This document shows, one piece after another, positions 19,281-27,593 of a stretch of 52,416 bases of DNA. Source of the DNA: a virus (lineage: Duplodnaviria > Caudoviricetes); the IMG/VR virus record IMGVR_UViG_3300032242_000872, positions 1 through 52,416 of that record, one strand, 5' to 3'. The position numbers were made by a program, and so were the translations under genes. The notes beneath the pieces are model-generated. The model was not told where the DNA came from. It saw nothing but the letters and a program-made list of their open reading frames with translations, and did no database searches. Within the stretch, counting starts at the first letter, position 1; each line of letters begins with the position of its first letter.

Positions 19281-19500
19281 ACAAGAAATAACAGGTCAAC
19301 AACTTGGCGTAATGTTAATGGAGTTTTTAGGAACCCTTGAGAATATTCCAACTCCAAGTATGTTGGCTGCTCTTAGTATTGTTACGGCTACAGTGGCTTG
19401 TGAGTCTGGATACGATGAAGAGAAGGCCGTATATGCCTTTAGAAAGTGTTACGGAGAGGCTAAACGCAGGATTAAACGGCTACAGAAGGAGTTGAACTAA
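19273..19500 (+). CDS. Hypothetical protein
   Basis: Likely start MSEQ at 19273, overlapping the upstream stop. Confidence 0.5.
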   Translation: MSEQEITGQQLGVMLMEFLGTLENIPTPSMLAALSIVTATVACESGYDEEKAVYAFRKCYGEAKRRIKRLQKELN

Positions 19501-19691
19501 TGAACGAACAAGATCTAAGAGATTGCTTTGCCATGTTTGCATTAAATGGAATATTGTCTTGCAATTATGACGTTGGCGAAGAACCAGCTGTATTGGCCTA
19601 TAAGTATGCAGATGAAATGCTTGAAGCTAGGTCTGGAAAAGGATCTGTTGGTTTACCTCCAGTGCGGGCACGGAAGGCTAAAAGTAAATGA
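19500..19691 (+). CDS. Small phage protein (RDxFA...AYxxADxM family)
   Basis: LRDCFAMFALNG...LAYKYADEML; similar to 22127..22336. Confidence 0.6.
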   Translation: MNEQDLRDCFAMFALNGILSCNYDVGEEPAVLAYKYADEMLEARSGKGSVGLPPVRARKAKSK

Positions 19692-20545
19692 AAAACATAT
19701 GTGTAGTTAATTTTTGGGATGGAGCGTTTGATGGAGACTTCTTTGATTTTTTCTTTCGCAGCTGTTTTGGGGACATTAATTACATTAGCGACCCTTACAC
19801 CGCTGATCTCATTGTTACTTCTGTGTTTGGAAACACGCAAACAGATCCCAATAAGACTCTTGCCTACATTGGCGAAAATGTACGACCTAGTTTTGTGGGC
19901 TATAGCCACAGCCTGTCTTTTGATTACGACACTTATGGCGGTAGGAATTTACGTTTACCGATCTGGTATGCTCGTTTAGCTTGGCCTGGATTCATTCAAA
20001 AACCTAGGAAACCCAATTTCCACAATCATGGCTATGAAGACCTTATTTCAATTGATTCCCTCACAAGGGGACGCACTCTTGATATGAGCCAAAAAACTAA
20101 GTTTTGTGCCATGGTTGCTGGAAATCCAGAAGGGTTGCGGGTTAATTTATTTAACTCCATTTCAGAATACAAGCGAGTAGATGGTTATGGGAATATGTTT
20201 AATCGTCCTTTACGCAAGTCAAAGTTTGATATTTTAAAAGATTACAAATTTAGCCTATGCCCTGAGAATTCAATCTATGACGGCTATGTAACTGAAAAGT
20301 TAATAGATGCCTACGCTGGCGGTACTGTGCCTATTTATAGTGGTGATGCGTCTGTGGCTGAAGACTTTAATTACATGGCTTTCTTGAACTACCAAGAAGT
20401 TATGGACATGGACTTTCTTGTTTCAAAGGTGGCTATGTTAAGTACAGACGACAGGTACTATCGAGAGATTTACGAACAACCGTTGCTAACTAAAGAACCT
20501 AAACTAAACGATGCGATTGCATTCGTAAGGAGCATAGTTAAATGA
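19688..20545 (+). CDS. GT10-family alpha-1,3-fucosyltransferase-like glycosyltransferase
   Basis: YKFSLCPENSIYDGYVTEKLIDAYAGGTVPIY (alpha-1,3-FucT motif); GENVRP; KTKFCA. Confidence 0.85.
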   Translation: MKNICVVNFWDGAFDGDFFDFFFRSCFGDINYISDPYTADLIVTSVFGNTQTDPNKTLAYIGENVRPSFVGYSHSLSFDYDTYGGRNLRLPIWYARLAWPGFIQKPRKPNFHNHGYEDLISIDSLTRGRTLDMSQKTKFCAMVAGNPEGLRVNLFNSISEYKRVDGYGNMFNRPLRKSKFDILKDYKFSLCPENSIYDGYVTEKLIDAYAGGTVPIYSGDASVAEDFNYMAFLNYQEVMDMDFLVSKVAMLSTDDRYYREIYEQPLLTKEPKLNDAIAFVRSIVK

Positions 20546-21270
20546 AAGAAGAAATACAAAAGCTGATTGACTCATTGCGCCCAGTTAAGACTAAGTTTGA
20601 TTTAATTCGGGTAGGTGGTAACAATGATGGTGGATACCTTATTCCAAACGATTTAATGGGCATTACAGCTTGTTTCTCTCCTGGGGTAGATGTAACTGCA
20701 TCATTTGAAATAGATCTCTGTAAGCGTGGTATTGGCTCTCACCTTGCCGATGGGTCAGTTGATCAAGCCCCTCAAAACTTTACCCCTTTATCATTTACTA
20801 AAAAGTATTTAGGTGGCTGTAACAATGATACCCATATGACTTTAATGGAATGGGTATTAAATAAGCCTGAATATGATTTTGGCAAAGATTTAATACTTCA
20901 AATGGACATTGAAGGTGGAGAATACACTACATTACTATGCGCTCCATCCGTTATTTTGCGTAAGTTTAGAATCATTGTAGTAGAGATCCACAATGTACAT
21001 ACATGGTTTGACTCTTTAGCATGGCCCGTAGTTACAACATTTTTTGAGAAGTTATTAGAAGATTTTCGTGTGGTACACAACCATCCTAACAATAACTGTC
21101 CATTTATAGATGTTGACGGTATTTTAATGCCAACGGTATTTGAGTTAACTTTGCTGCGTAAAGATAGAACGATTGCGCTGGATTATTGTGATCAGTTCCC
21201 GCATCCATTAGACCAACCAAACGTATTAGATAAACCTGACAGACCATTACCTGAAGGATGGTACAAATGA
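20542..21270 (+). CDS. FkbM/Methyltransf_22-like SAM-dependent methyltransferase
   Basis: LIRVGGNNDGGYLIP, FSPGV..SFE, LQMDIEGGEY, VEIH, HNHPNN. Confidence 0.75.
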   Translation: MKEEIQKLIDSLRPVKTKFDLIRVGGNNDGGYLIPNDLMGITACFSPGVDVTASFEIDLCKRGIGSHLADGSVDQAPQNFTPLSFTKKYLGGCNNDTHMTLMEWVLNKPEYDFGKDLILQMDIEGGEYTTLLCAPSVILRKFRIIVVEIHNVHTWFDSLAWPVVTTFFEKLLEDFRVVHNHPNNNCPFIDVDGILMPTVFELTLLRKDRTIALDYCDQFPHPLDQPNVLDKPDRPLPEGWYK

Positions 21271-22130
21271 GAGAGAAGTACGGAATAATCCATCACGATG
21301 GGCCTGTCATGGAATTGACCACCATGATAGGCTGTCCGTTGATGTGTACCTTTTGCCCACAAGATAACTTACGTACGCAATATGGTACGTCTACTAAGTA
21401 TATGACGCAGCGTGATCTGACCACTATGCTGGTTAAGTTACCAAGAAATACACGTGTTGATTTTTCAGGTATGTCAGAGCCCTGGGCTAATCCTGAATGT
21501 ACTGCCATGCTAGAAGAAGTGCTTTACATGGGGTTTAACGTAGCCATCTACTCAACTTTATACGGAATGACTGACCCTGAAAGAGTTAAGAAAGTAATTG
21601 AAGATCATCCTAATCAAATAGAAGTAGTAATGCTGCATATGCCTGATGCCAATGGGAATATGAAAGGTTGGAAGAAAACTGCTGAGTGGATGCACGCTCT
21701 ACATATTATGTCTACCTTACAAGTACCCTGTGGTGTTGGTGCTATGACTATGGATGGGTCGGGTTTAGTAGCTTTTGAGTTGCAGAATGACATTGGTAGG
21801 TTAGCGGGTTGGGTGGGCCATACTAGGGCAGATAGCCTCGATGTGGAGCAAATTAAAGGGCAAGTAATCAGTATCACGCCCCACAATGAGTTCTCACTCA
21901 CTTGTAAATCGACACCTTTCTATGATCGTAATGTTCTACTTCCTAATGGCGATGTGGTTTTATGCTGTATGGATTATAACCTAAAGCACGTTATTGGAAA
22001 CCTTCTTACGCAAACCTACGATGAAGTAATGCAAGGTAAACCTTTAATGGATTTAACTGCCATAAACGAAACCCCCGAATTTAATAAATGTAGTATTTGT
22101 AAATCCTGTGAAAACGTAAGGAAAATATGA
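21267..22130 (+). CDS. Radical SAM protein with SPASM/twitch domain
   Basis: CPLMCTFC (CxxxCxxC); SGMSEP; C...GDVVLCCMD..IGNL...CSICKSC. Confidence 0.85.
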   Translation: MREKYGIIHHDGPVMELTTMIGCPLMCTFCPQDNLRTQYGTSTKYMTQRDLTTMLVKLPRNTRVDFSGMSEPWANPECTAMLEEVLYMGFNVAIYSTLYGMTDPERVKKVIEDHPNQIEVVMLHMPDANGNMKGWKKTAEWMHALHIMSTLQVPCGVGAMTMDGSGLVAFELQNDIGRLAGWVGHTRADSLDVEQIKGQVISITPHNEFSLTCKSTPFYDRNVLLPNGDVVLCCMDYNLKHVIGNLLTQTYDEVMQGKPLMDLTAINETPEFNKCSICKSCENVRKI

Positions 22131-22336
22131 AAAACCCAAGAACAGAAATGTTTGAAACCTTTGCCGTTAACGGTATGCAAATGCGAGATGCCTTTGCTGT
22201 AAAAATTATGGCTGGCATATGTGCTGGTGATTGGAAGTTTGATACATCAGTTAAAAGCTGGGATGAATTAGCAGTAGCCCGTGCCTATGAGATAGCAGAT
22301 GCAATGATAAAGGAAAGGGAAATTAGTAATGTTTAA
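22127..22336 (+). CDS. Small phage protein (RDxFA...AYxxADxM family)
   Basis: MRDAFAVKIMAG...AYEIADAMIKER. Confidence 0.6.
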   Translation: MKNPRTEMFETFAVNGMQMRDAFAVKIMAGICAGDWKFDTSVKSWDELAVARAYEIADAMIKEREISNV

Positions 22337-22493
22337 AAATATTGTGATAGCTGTTCTTCTTAGTGTTGTAGCTATCTATTTTTGGGGGGATGTTCCAGCC
22401 AAAGAATGTCCTGTGGAAAAGAAAACTCCACGATGGGAAGACAACTGCATCATTCAAAAAAGTGGTGATAGGGAGATAAAAACGTGCGGATAA
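22329..22493 (+). CDS. 54-aa protein with N-terminal TM/signal segment (not in ORF track)
   Basis: MFKNIVIAVLLSVVAIYFWG...; fills the gap between flanking genes. Confidence 0.5.
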   Translation: MFKNIVIAVLLSVVAIYFWGDVPAKECPVEKKTPRWEDNCIIQKSGDREIKTCG

Positions 22494-23161
22494 TGGTAAT
22501 CACCCCGACTACTGGGAAAGAAGAAATGAAACAGGCAGTGGAAAGCGTCAAAGCGCAGACTCTACCTACAGAACATTTGATTGTTTATGATGGATTAGAT
22601 GCTTACCAAAAACGCATTTTTCCCGAGTACCCATCTATACTTTTACCCGAAAACGTAGGCGGTAATGGTTGGTATGGACACCGAGTCTATGCGGCTATGC
22701 CACTACTGGTAAACGCTGATTACATCCTATTTTTAGATGAAGACAATTGGTTCGAACCTAATCATGTAGAAACCATGATTAATAAAATTAAATCAAAAGA
22801 CTTAATGTGGGCCTATAGCTTAAGGAGAATATGCAATGAAGCAGGAGAATACATCGAAGATGACGATTGTGAATCCCTTGGACGGTGGCCTACCTTTTAC
22901 GACCATACACTTAATTTTGTTGATACTAATTGCTATTGTTTTCGTAGGGAGTATTTGGTATCTATTGCCCATGCATTTTATGGCCAGTGGGGCGCAGACC
23001 GCCCGTTTTATAGAGCTGCCTCCACAAATTTGCCTTCCTTCGGATGCACGGGAGAGGCTACAGTTAATTACAGAGCGCCAGACAGACTACTTGCAATGTT
23101 TAAAGATGGTAATGAAAAAATGAAAAAGGCATACGAAGACTTACCGTGGAGAAAGAAATGA
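22484..23161 (+). CDS. GT2-family glycosyltransferase
   Basis: MVITPT...AVESVKAQT..EHLIVYDG...YILFLDEDN. Confidence 0.8.
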   Translation: MRIMVITPTTGKEEMKQAVESVKAQTLPTEHLIVYDGLDAYQKRIFPEYPSILLPENVGGNGWYGHRVYAAMPLLVNADYILFLDEDNWFEPNHVETMINKIKSKDLMWAYSLRRICNEAGEYIEDDDCESLGRWPTFYDHTLNFVDTNCYCFRREYLVSIAHAFYGQWGADRPFYRAASTNLPSFGCTGEATVNYRAPDRLLAMFKDGNEKMKKAYEDLPWRKK

Positions 23162-23325
23162 TTGAAACTTTAGTCAAACCTCAAAAACTAGATAACGATG
23201 TTGCAGTAATTAAAATACTACAATTAATGGGTCAACTAAGTCCAAATGATATTGCTTACGTATTAAAGATATCGGCACAAGTTTACGATGCCATTGCATT
23301 GGGGGATACATGGAAATCACAGTAA
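23158..23325 (+). CDS. Hypothetical protein, 55 aa (not in ORF track)
   Basis: ATGA coupling; MIETLVKPQKLDNDVAVIKILQLM. Confidence 0.5.
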   Translation: MIETLVKPQKLDNDVAVIKILQLMGQLSPNDIAYVLKISAQVYDAIALGDTWKSQ

Positions 23326-23519
23326 AAGTAATTCGAGAAAACAAAGATGGATCTGCTGATGCAGTAGTTCATTTTGATAAAGAAGGTCTAGAGTTCTTGG
23401 TTCAAGAAGGTGTTTTACATATATTAGAAGCCTATGTTAAACAAAATAAGAATGCCAAGGAAGGTGCTAAATTGCGTAAAAGGTTATCTAAAGAAGTTGA
23501 CATAGACGGGAGATGCTAA
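23310..23519 (+). CDS. Hypothetical protein
   Basis: ENKDGSAD motif; operon packing. Confidence 0.55.
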   Translation: MEITVKVIRENKDGSADAVVHFDKEGLEFLVQEGVLHILEAYVKQNKNAKEGAKLRKRLSKEVDIDGRC

Positions 23520-23750
23520 ATGGATGCAATATGGGAAAAAGCCAATCAGGTTAGTGAAGTAGGATATAAAATACATAGCGCTGCCATGATTGTAGAATTG
23601 GTTGCTGAAAGACTTACAGATAACGCTGAAAGTGGTGCTTTATGGGCTGCAGCTGAAATACTTAAACAATACAGTGAACAACTTGAAGAATTATCATCAG
23701 ATTTAATGGGTATTAATCGTAGTTTAGAAAAAAAAGGAAAAAAGAAATGA
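23520..23750 (+). CDS. Hypothetical helical protein
   Basis: Operon packing. Confidence 0.5.
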   Translation: MDAIWEKANQVSEVGYKIHSAAMIVELVAERLTDNAESGALWAAAEILKQYSEQLEELSSDLMGINRSLEKKGKKK

Positions 23751-24526
23751 AGAAGCCAACAGTTACTATCGCTCCACCCCCGTCTGGGGCAACCATCTTT
23801 GTAGCAACTCCCATGTATGGTGGTATGTGTACTGGTATGTATTCCTCTGGCGTAATGCAGCTAGTAGGCGCTTGCGGGGCTAATAACATCAAGATGTATT
23901 ACTCATTTATGATGAACGAGTCTTTGATTACCCGTGCCCGCAACAGCATGGCTTATGACTTTTTGAAGTCCGATGCTACCCATCTAATGTTTATTGATGC
24001 AGATATCAACTTTAATCCCAATGACATACCTTTGATGATCAAGGCTGATAAAGACATTATCTGCGGTCTATACCCTAAGAAAGAGATCAACTGGGTAGAA
24101 GTAGAGGCTGCCGTTAAGCGTGGTGTGCCAGCAGCAGAACTTAGCAAATACACTGGCGCTTTTGTGGTTAACCTACCTCATGGTCAAACCAATAAGTCTG
24201 GCCCAATACAAGAGCCTATGGAGATTGATAATGGTGGCACAGGGTTTATGCTGATTAAGCGTGAGGTGTTTGATGCTCTTGCTGACAAAGTTCCAAGCTA
24301 TACCAATGATATGTACCATGCCGTAGATACAGTTCGAGAAGTAAAGATAATCAAAGAGTTCTTTGCCACCAGCATTGATGAAGAATCTAACCGCCTGTTA
24401 TCTGAAGATTATCATTTCTGCAAGATTGCACGGGAAGCTGGTTTTAAAGTTTATGCTGCACCTTGGGCACAATTCGGTCATACTGGAACCTATACATTTA
24501 GTGGACAACTTCCAAGATCAGCGTAA
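23747..24526 (+). CDS. GT-A-fold glycosyltransferase-like protein
   Basis: VATPMYGG, ESLITRARN, HLMFIDADI (DxD), GTGFMLIKR, LSEDYHFC. Confidence 0.75.
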   Translation: MKKPTVTIAPPPSGATIFVATPMYGGMCTGMYSSGVMQLVGACGANNIKMYYSFMMNESLITRARNSMAYDFLKSDATHLMFIDADINFNPNDIPLMIKADKDIICGLYPKKEINWVEVEAAVKRGVPAAELSKYTGAFVVNLPHGQTNKSGPIQEPMEIDNGGTGFMLIKREVFDALADKVPSYTNDMYHAVDTVREVKIIKEFFATSIDEESNRLLSEDYHFCKIAREAGFKVYAAPWAQFGHTGTYTFSGQLPRSA

Positions 24527-24536
24527 AGGAGTTTAG

Positions 24537-24737
24537 ATGACAACATTCACCACAGAAGATAGGGAAAATGCAGGGCGTGGGGCTGGAGAAGATGCCAATA
24601 TGTCCTATGCTGATATAGCCAAAGAATTGGGTGTAAGTAAAACCTACGTCCAAATGATTGAAACATCGGCTTTGGAAAAACTGCGCAAACGTCTTCTGTG
24701 GAGATATGACATCTTTAAATCAAAAGATATTATATAA
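24537..24737 (+). CDS. Sigma70 region-4-like HTH protein
   Basis: MSYADIAKELGVSKTYVQMIETSALEKLR. Confidence 0.7.
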   Translation: MTTFTTEDRENAGRGAGEDANMSYADIAKELGVSKTYVQMIETSALEKLRKRLLWRYDIFKSKDII

Positions 24738-24738
24738 A

Positions 24739-25179
24739 ATGTTAGAAAAAGGTCTTAATAGAAAGCAGGGCTGGCAAATAGAGCAAGACTCTATGAACCA
24801 GGCTGCTGCAGCTTATGAGTTAATGAATTTTCTTAGGGTTGATATTGAAACACAGGAACCTATGAGTATCTGGGATTGGGAATTTTATAAAGAAGATAAT
24901 TTAATTGCCATTGGGGAGTACCGCAGAAGATTTCATAATTTTGGTACATATCCAGACTTTCAGTTTGGACATCAAAAGTTTGTAAAAATGCAAAAGTTTG
25001 GCCAAGAACATAACATCCCAGCCTATATGTTTGTGGAGTTTGATGATTTATTTTTATATTTTCCTATAGCAGGCAGCCCAAAAATTAAAACAATGAAAAG
25101 AAATCATGAAATCAGGACAGAACAATGTGTTTGTATTCCTAATGCAGACTTCATTCCAGTTATGTCCTTGTATTTATGA
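24739..25179 (+). CDS. PD-(D/E)XK-fold nuclease-like protein
   Basis: WDWEF...IGEYRRR...YP...K pattern; the expected Lys appears replaced by Arg. Confidence 0.45.
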   Translation: MLEKGLNRKQGWQIEQDSMNQAAAAYELMNFLRVDIETQEPMSIWDWEFYKEDNLIAIGEYRRRFHNFGTYPDFQFGHQKFVKMQKFGQEHNIPAYMFVEFDDLFLYFPIAGSPKIKTMKRNHEIRTEQCVCIPNADFIPVMSLYL

Positions 25180-25460
25180 TCTACAGAAATAGAAAGTTAT
25201 TAGACATTGTTAGACAATCTCCATGCCAGGCGTGTGGTAGAGAAGACGGGACAGTTGTGGCTGCACATTCCAATCAGCTTCGAGATGGTAAAGGTAGGGG
25301 ACTTAAAGCCCATGATTATCGGATTGCGGCCCTGTGTTTTAGCTGCCACTCGGAAATCGATCAAGGACAGAAACTCTCAAAGGCCGAAAGGACTGAGATG
25401 TGGGAAGATGCTCACCGTAAAACTATTGGCTGGTTGTTTGATAATAACCATATAGGTTAA
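25176..25460 (+). CDS. DUF968/DUF1364-like HNH-type zinc protein
   Basis: CQACG...VVAAHSN...AALCFSCHSEID. Confidence 0.7.
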   Translation: MIYRNRKLLDIVRQSPCQACGREDGTVVAAHSNQLRDGKGRGLKAHDYRIAALCFSCHSEIDQGQKLSKAERTEMWEDAHRKTIGWLFDNNHIG

Positions 25461-25530
25461 AATACCAGACGGAGGTAAGGTCAGGTTTGGCTTTTTGTTG
25501 CGCAACACCTCCACCAAATAAAGGAAACCA

Positions 25531-25677
25531 ATGAGCTCCTGGCTAATCATTGTTACTGGGCTTATTTACGCCTATATAGGGGTAGAACAAGCCGTAAAGG
25601 GTAACCTACCTATGGGCATTACTTATTTTTGCTATGCAGGGGCTAATGTAGGCCTTTATATGATGGCAACTAAATGA
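25531..25677 (+). CDS. 48-aa two-TM membrane protein (not in ORF track)
   Basis: AAGGA RBS; MSSWLIIVTGLIYAYIG...YAGANVGLY. Confidence 0.6.
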   Translation: MSSWLIIVTGLIYAYIGVEQAVKGNLPMGITYFCYAGANVGLYMMATK

Positions 25678-25790
25678 GCTTTACTGTCTATTCCCATGAT
25701 GGGACTAAATATATTCAATGGTTTTTTAGCGTAGACGAGCTAATTTTTAGCATGATTAATAACCCGCTTGACAGATATCATAGAAATTAA
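25674..25790 (+). CDS. 38-aa hypothetical protein (not in ORF track)
   Basis: ATGA coupling; MSFTVYSHDGTKYIQWF. Confidence 0.4.
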   Translation: MSFTVYSHDGTKYIQWFFSVDELIFSMINNPLDRYHRN

Positions 25791-25847
25791 TGTAAAATGG
25801 TGCATCGCAACAATGTGTTGTATGTTACACAATCTTAGGAGATGACT

Positions 25848-25973
25848 ATGTTTACATTTGAAGACCAATATAAAAAGGTTGAGCAGTTAGCCGAGCATTA
25901 CAAGCAAATCAACGATTTCTGGATTCACTCAGTTTTATCTAGTTTGAAGACTTTCTTTAAGACAGGTAAGTAA
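25848..25973 (+). CDS. 41-aa amphipathic helical protein, possibly phasin-like (not in ORF track)
   Basis: TAGGAG RBS; MFTFEDQYKKVEQLAEHYKQINDFWIHSVLSSLKTFFKTGK; followed by a terminator. Confidence 0.55.
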   Translation: MFTFEDQYKKVEQLAEHYKQINDFWIHSVLSSLKTFFKTGK

Positions 25974-25985
25974 TGGCGTGAGCCA

Positions 25986-26014
25986 GGGGTGAGTAGAAAC
26001 TGCTCACCCTTTTT
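25986..26014 (+). terminator. Rho-independent terminator ending the middle operon
   Basis: GGGTGAGTAG-aaa-CTGCTCACCC followed by T5. Confidence 0.8.
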
Positions 26015-26135
26015 GTATAATTTTTGCCAATTTCTATACATATAACTATCAATATGCATAAAAAGTCTTTAATAAAAACAATTTTTATTAAAATTTCATG
26101 CAGTTTTTGTAAAGTTTTTTAAACTTATTGTAAAG

Positions 26136-26480
26136 TTATAACTCTAGCGGATCGAATCCAAGCTCTTCTGATACGACCTTGGTGCGCCTTCTGAACTCAG
26201 CATCATGGTGAGACCATTTGGAGGTCTTCCAACGGCTCATATGGACGGCTTCATGAGCCAGAACACGGATCACTGTCGATAGGTGACCACATTTCTTTTC
26301 TGAAATAGTTATAACGTGCTCGTACTTCTCGCCATCATCATATAAATAGGTTCCCATAGCATCGTCTTGATCTATGACAAACTTAATCTGCTCTGGCAAT
26401 GGCATAGGCCAGCGAACAAACGGCTTCATGCAATACATAGCCGAATACAGATTTTTAATAATTGATGGGGTCAATTTCAT
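26136..26480 (-). CDS. SprT-like zinc metalloprotease
   Basis: VLAHEAVHM...HHDAEF; start moved to MKLTPS (ATGA overlap). Confidence 0.7.
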   Translation of the reverse strand: MKLTPSIIKNLYSAMYCMKPFVRWPMPLPEQIKFVIDQDDAMGTYLYDDGEKYEHVITISEKKCGHLSTVIRVLAHEAVHMSRWKTSKWSHHDAEFRRRTKVVSEELGFDPLEL

Positions 26481-27457
26481 ACTTTGTTTATGCAACCACG
26501 AAACTCAAATTCACCATTTTCTTCATCACTGACCATAATAAGCTCTGGCATTAACATTCTACCTTGGTCAAAAGATAGCATTACAAAGCCTGAACGCCAA
26601 TCCTTGGGGCTATCCTCACAGTACTCGAAGGTAGATGACATAGGATCTGCAAGGCAGCCAGTCTGGATTCCCCAAAAGTTTCCTTGGTAATTTGAAATTG
26701 GTTGGGCAGCCAATACGTGTGTATGGCCAGTAATGATGTTTGTGTTACCAGCTGCTTGCAAATTGCTGTAACCTGCCGTGCGTCCGCCCTTATAACGGTG
26801 TTTTACCACAGTGTTCTCGCCAATCCAAAAGCTCCAACAAGTTTCCCATTCTGGGAAATGATACTTGAGAGAAAAGCCATCAACTCCGCTATACTCGGGA
26901 ACTTTATTAACCAGCCATGACTCATAGCGCATATCGTGGTTACCCAACGTCCATATGAGTCTGCAGCCTGCTGGCTTATGCTTAACTATCTCATCTAAGT
27001 GGTAACGACAAGCGCTCAACTCTTGCAAAACGCTGGGTTTTTGGTCGTAATTGATTGATGGGAATCGACTGAGAACTTGGCCATCAAAAGCATCTCCGTT
27101 ACAAATAATGACTTGGGGCTTAAATTCTTTTATCATTATCAGCAATGCTTTAAATGCCGTGGTAGTTGTTTCAGTGAAGTGAGCATCTGAAAAAACAATT
27201 ACCCTTTTAACTTTATCTACATCAATGCCTCTGCGGACATTGTGCGCTGCAAGATCTACTTTATTTTTGGGTTTTTTTTCATCTCGCTGAGAGTTAGTTG
27301 TAGGCAATTCAATGCCATAACGTATTTCAATATTACTTCTTCTGGTCATGGCACTTCGAGGATTTATTCCTAATTCCTTGCCAACCAGAAGTGGACTTCC
27401 TAATTTATTCCAAAGTTTAATAAACTCTTTATCCGACTTTTCATCATATCGTGCCAT
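26477..27457 (-). CDS. Calcineurin-like metallophosphoesterase
   Basis: SDAH, NGDAFD, GNHD, KH, GHTH motifs. Confidence 0.85.
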   Translation of the reverse strand: MARYDEKSDKEFIKLWNKLGSPLLVGKELGINPRSAMTRRSNIEIRYGIELPTTNSQRDEKKPKNKVDLAAHNVRRGIDVDKVKRVIVFSDAHFTETTTTAFKALLIMIKEFKPQVIICNGDAFDGQVLSRFPSINYDQKPSVLQELSACRYHLDEIVKHKPAGCRLIWTLGNHDMRYESWLVNKVPEYSGVDGFSLKYHFPEWETCWSFWIGENTVVKHRYKGGRTAGYSNLQAAGNTNIITGHTHVLAAQPISNYQGNFWGIQTGCLADPMSSTFEYCEDSPKDWRSGFVMLSFDQGRMLMPELIMVSDEENGEFEFRGCINKV

Positions 27458-27559
27458 CCCAACCCCTTGTATTTAAACGGAATTTAATACACTTTTCGGA
27501 ATATAACATAAAATTATGTAAGTATTTACATATATTTTTACAAAATAAGGCACTACATA

Positions 27560-27589
27560 TTGATCTATTCCAGTCTTTTGTGCTATATT
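27560..27589 (+). promoter_or_regulatory. Promoter of the candidate sRNA
   Basis: TTGATC, 18 nt, extended -10 TGc-TATATT. Confidence 0.5.
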
Positions 27590-27593
27590 TAGT

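Noticed and set aside
26015-26135. Very AT-rich stretch as a replication origin
   Set aside because: It lies between convergent genes after a terminator, and I saw no iterons or DnaA-box cluster
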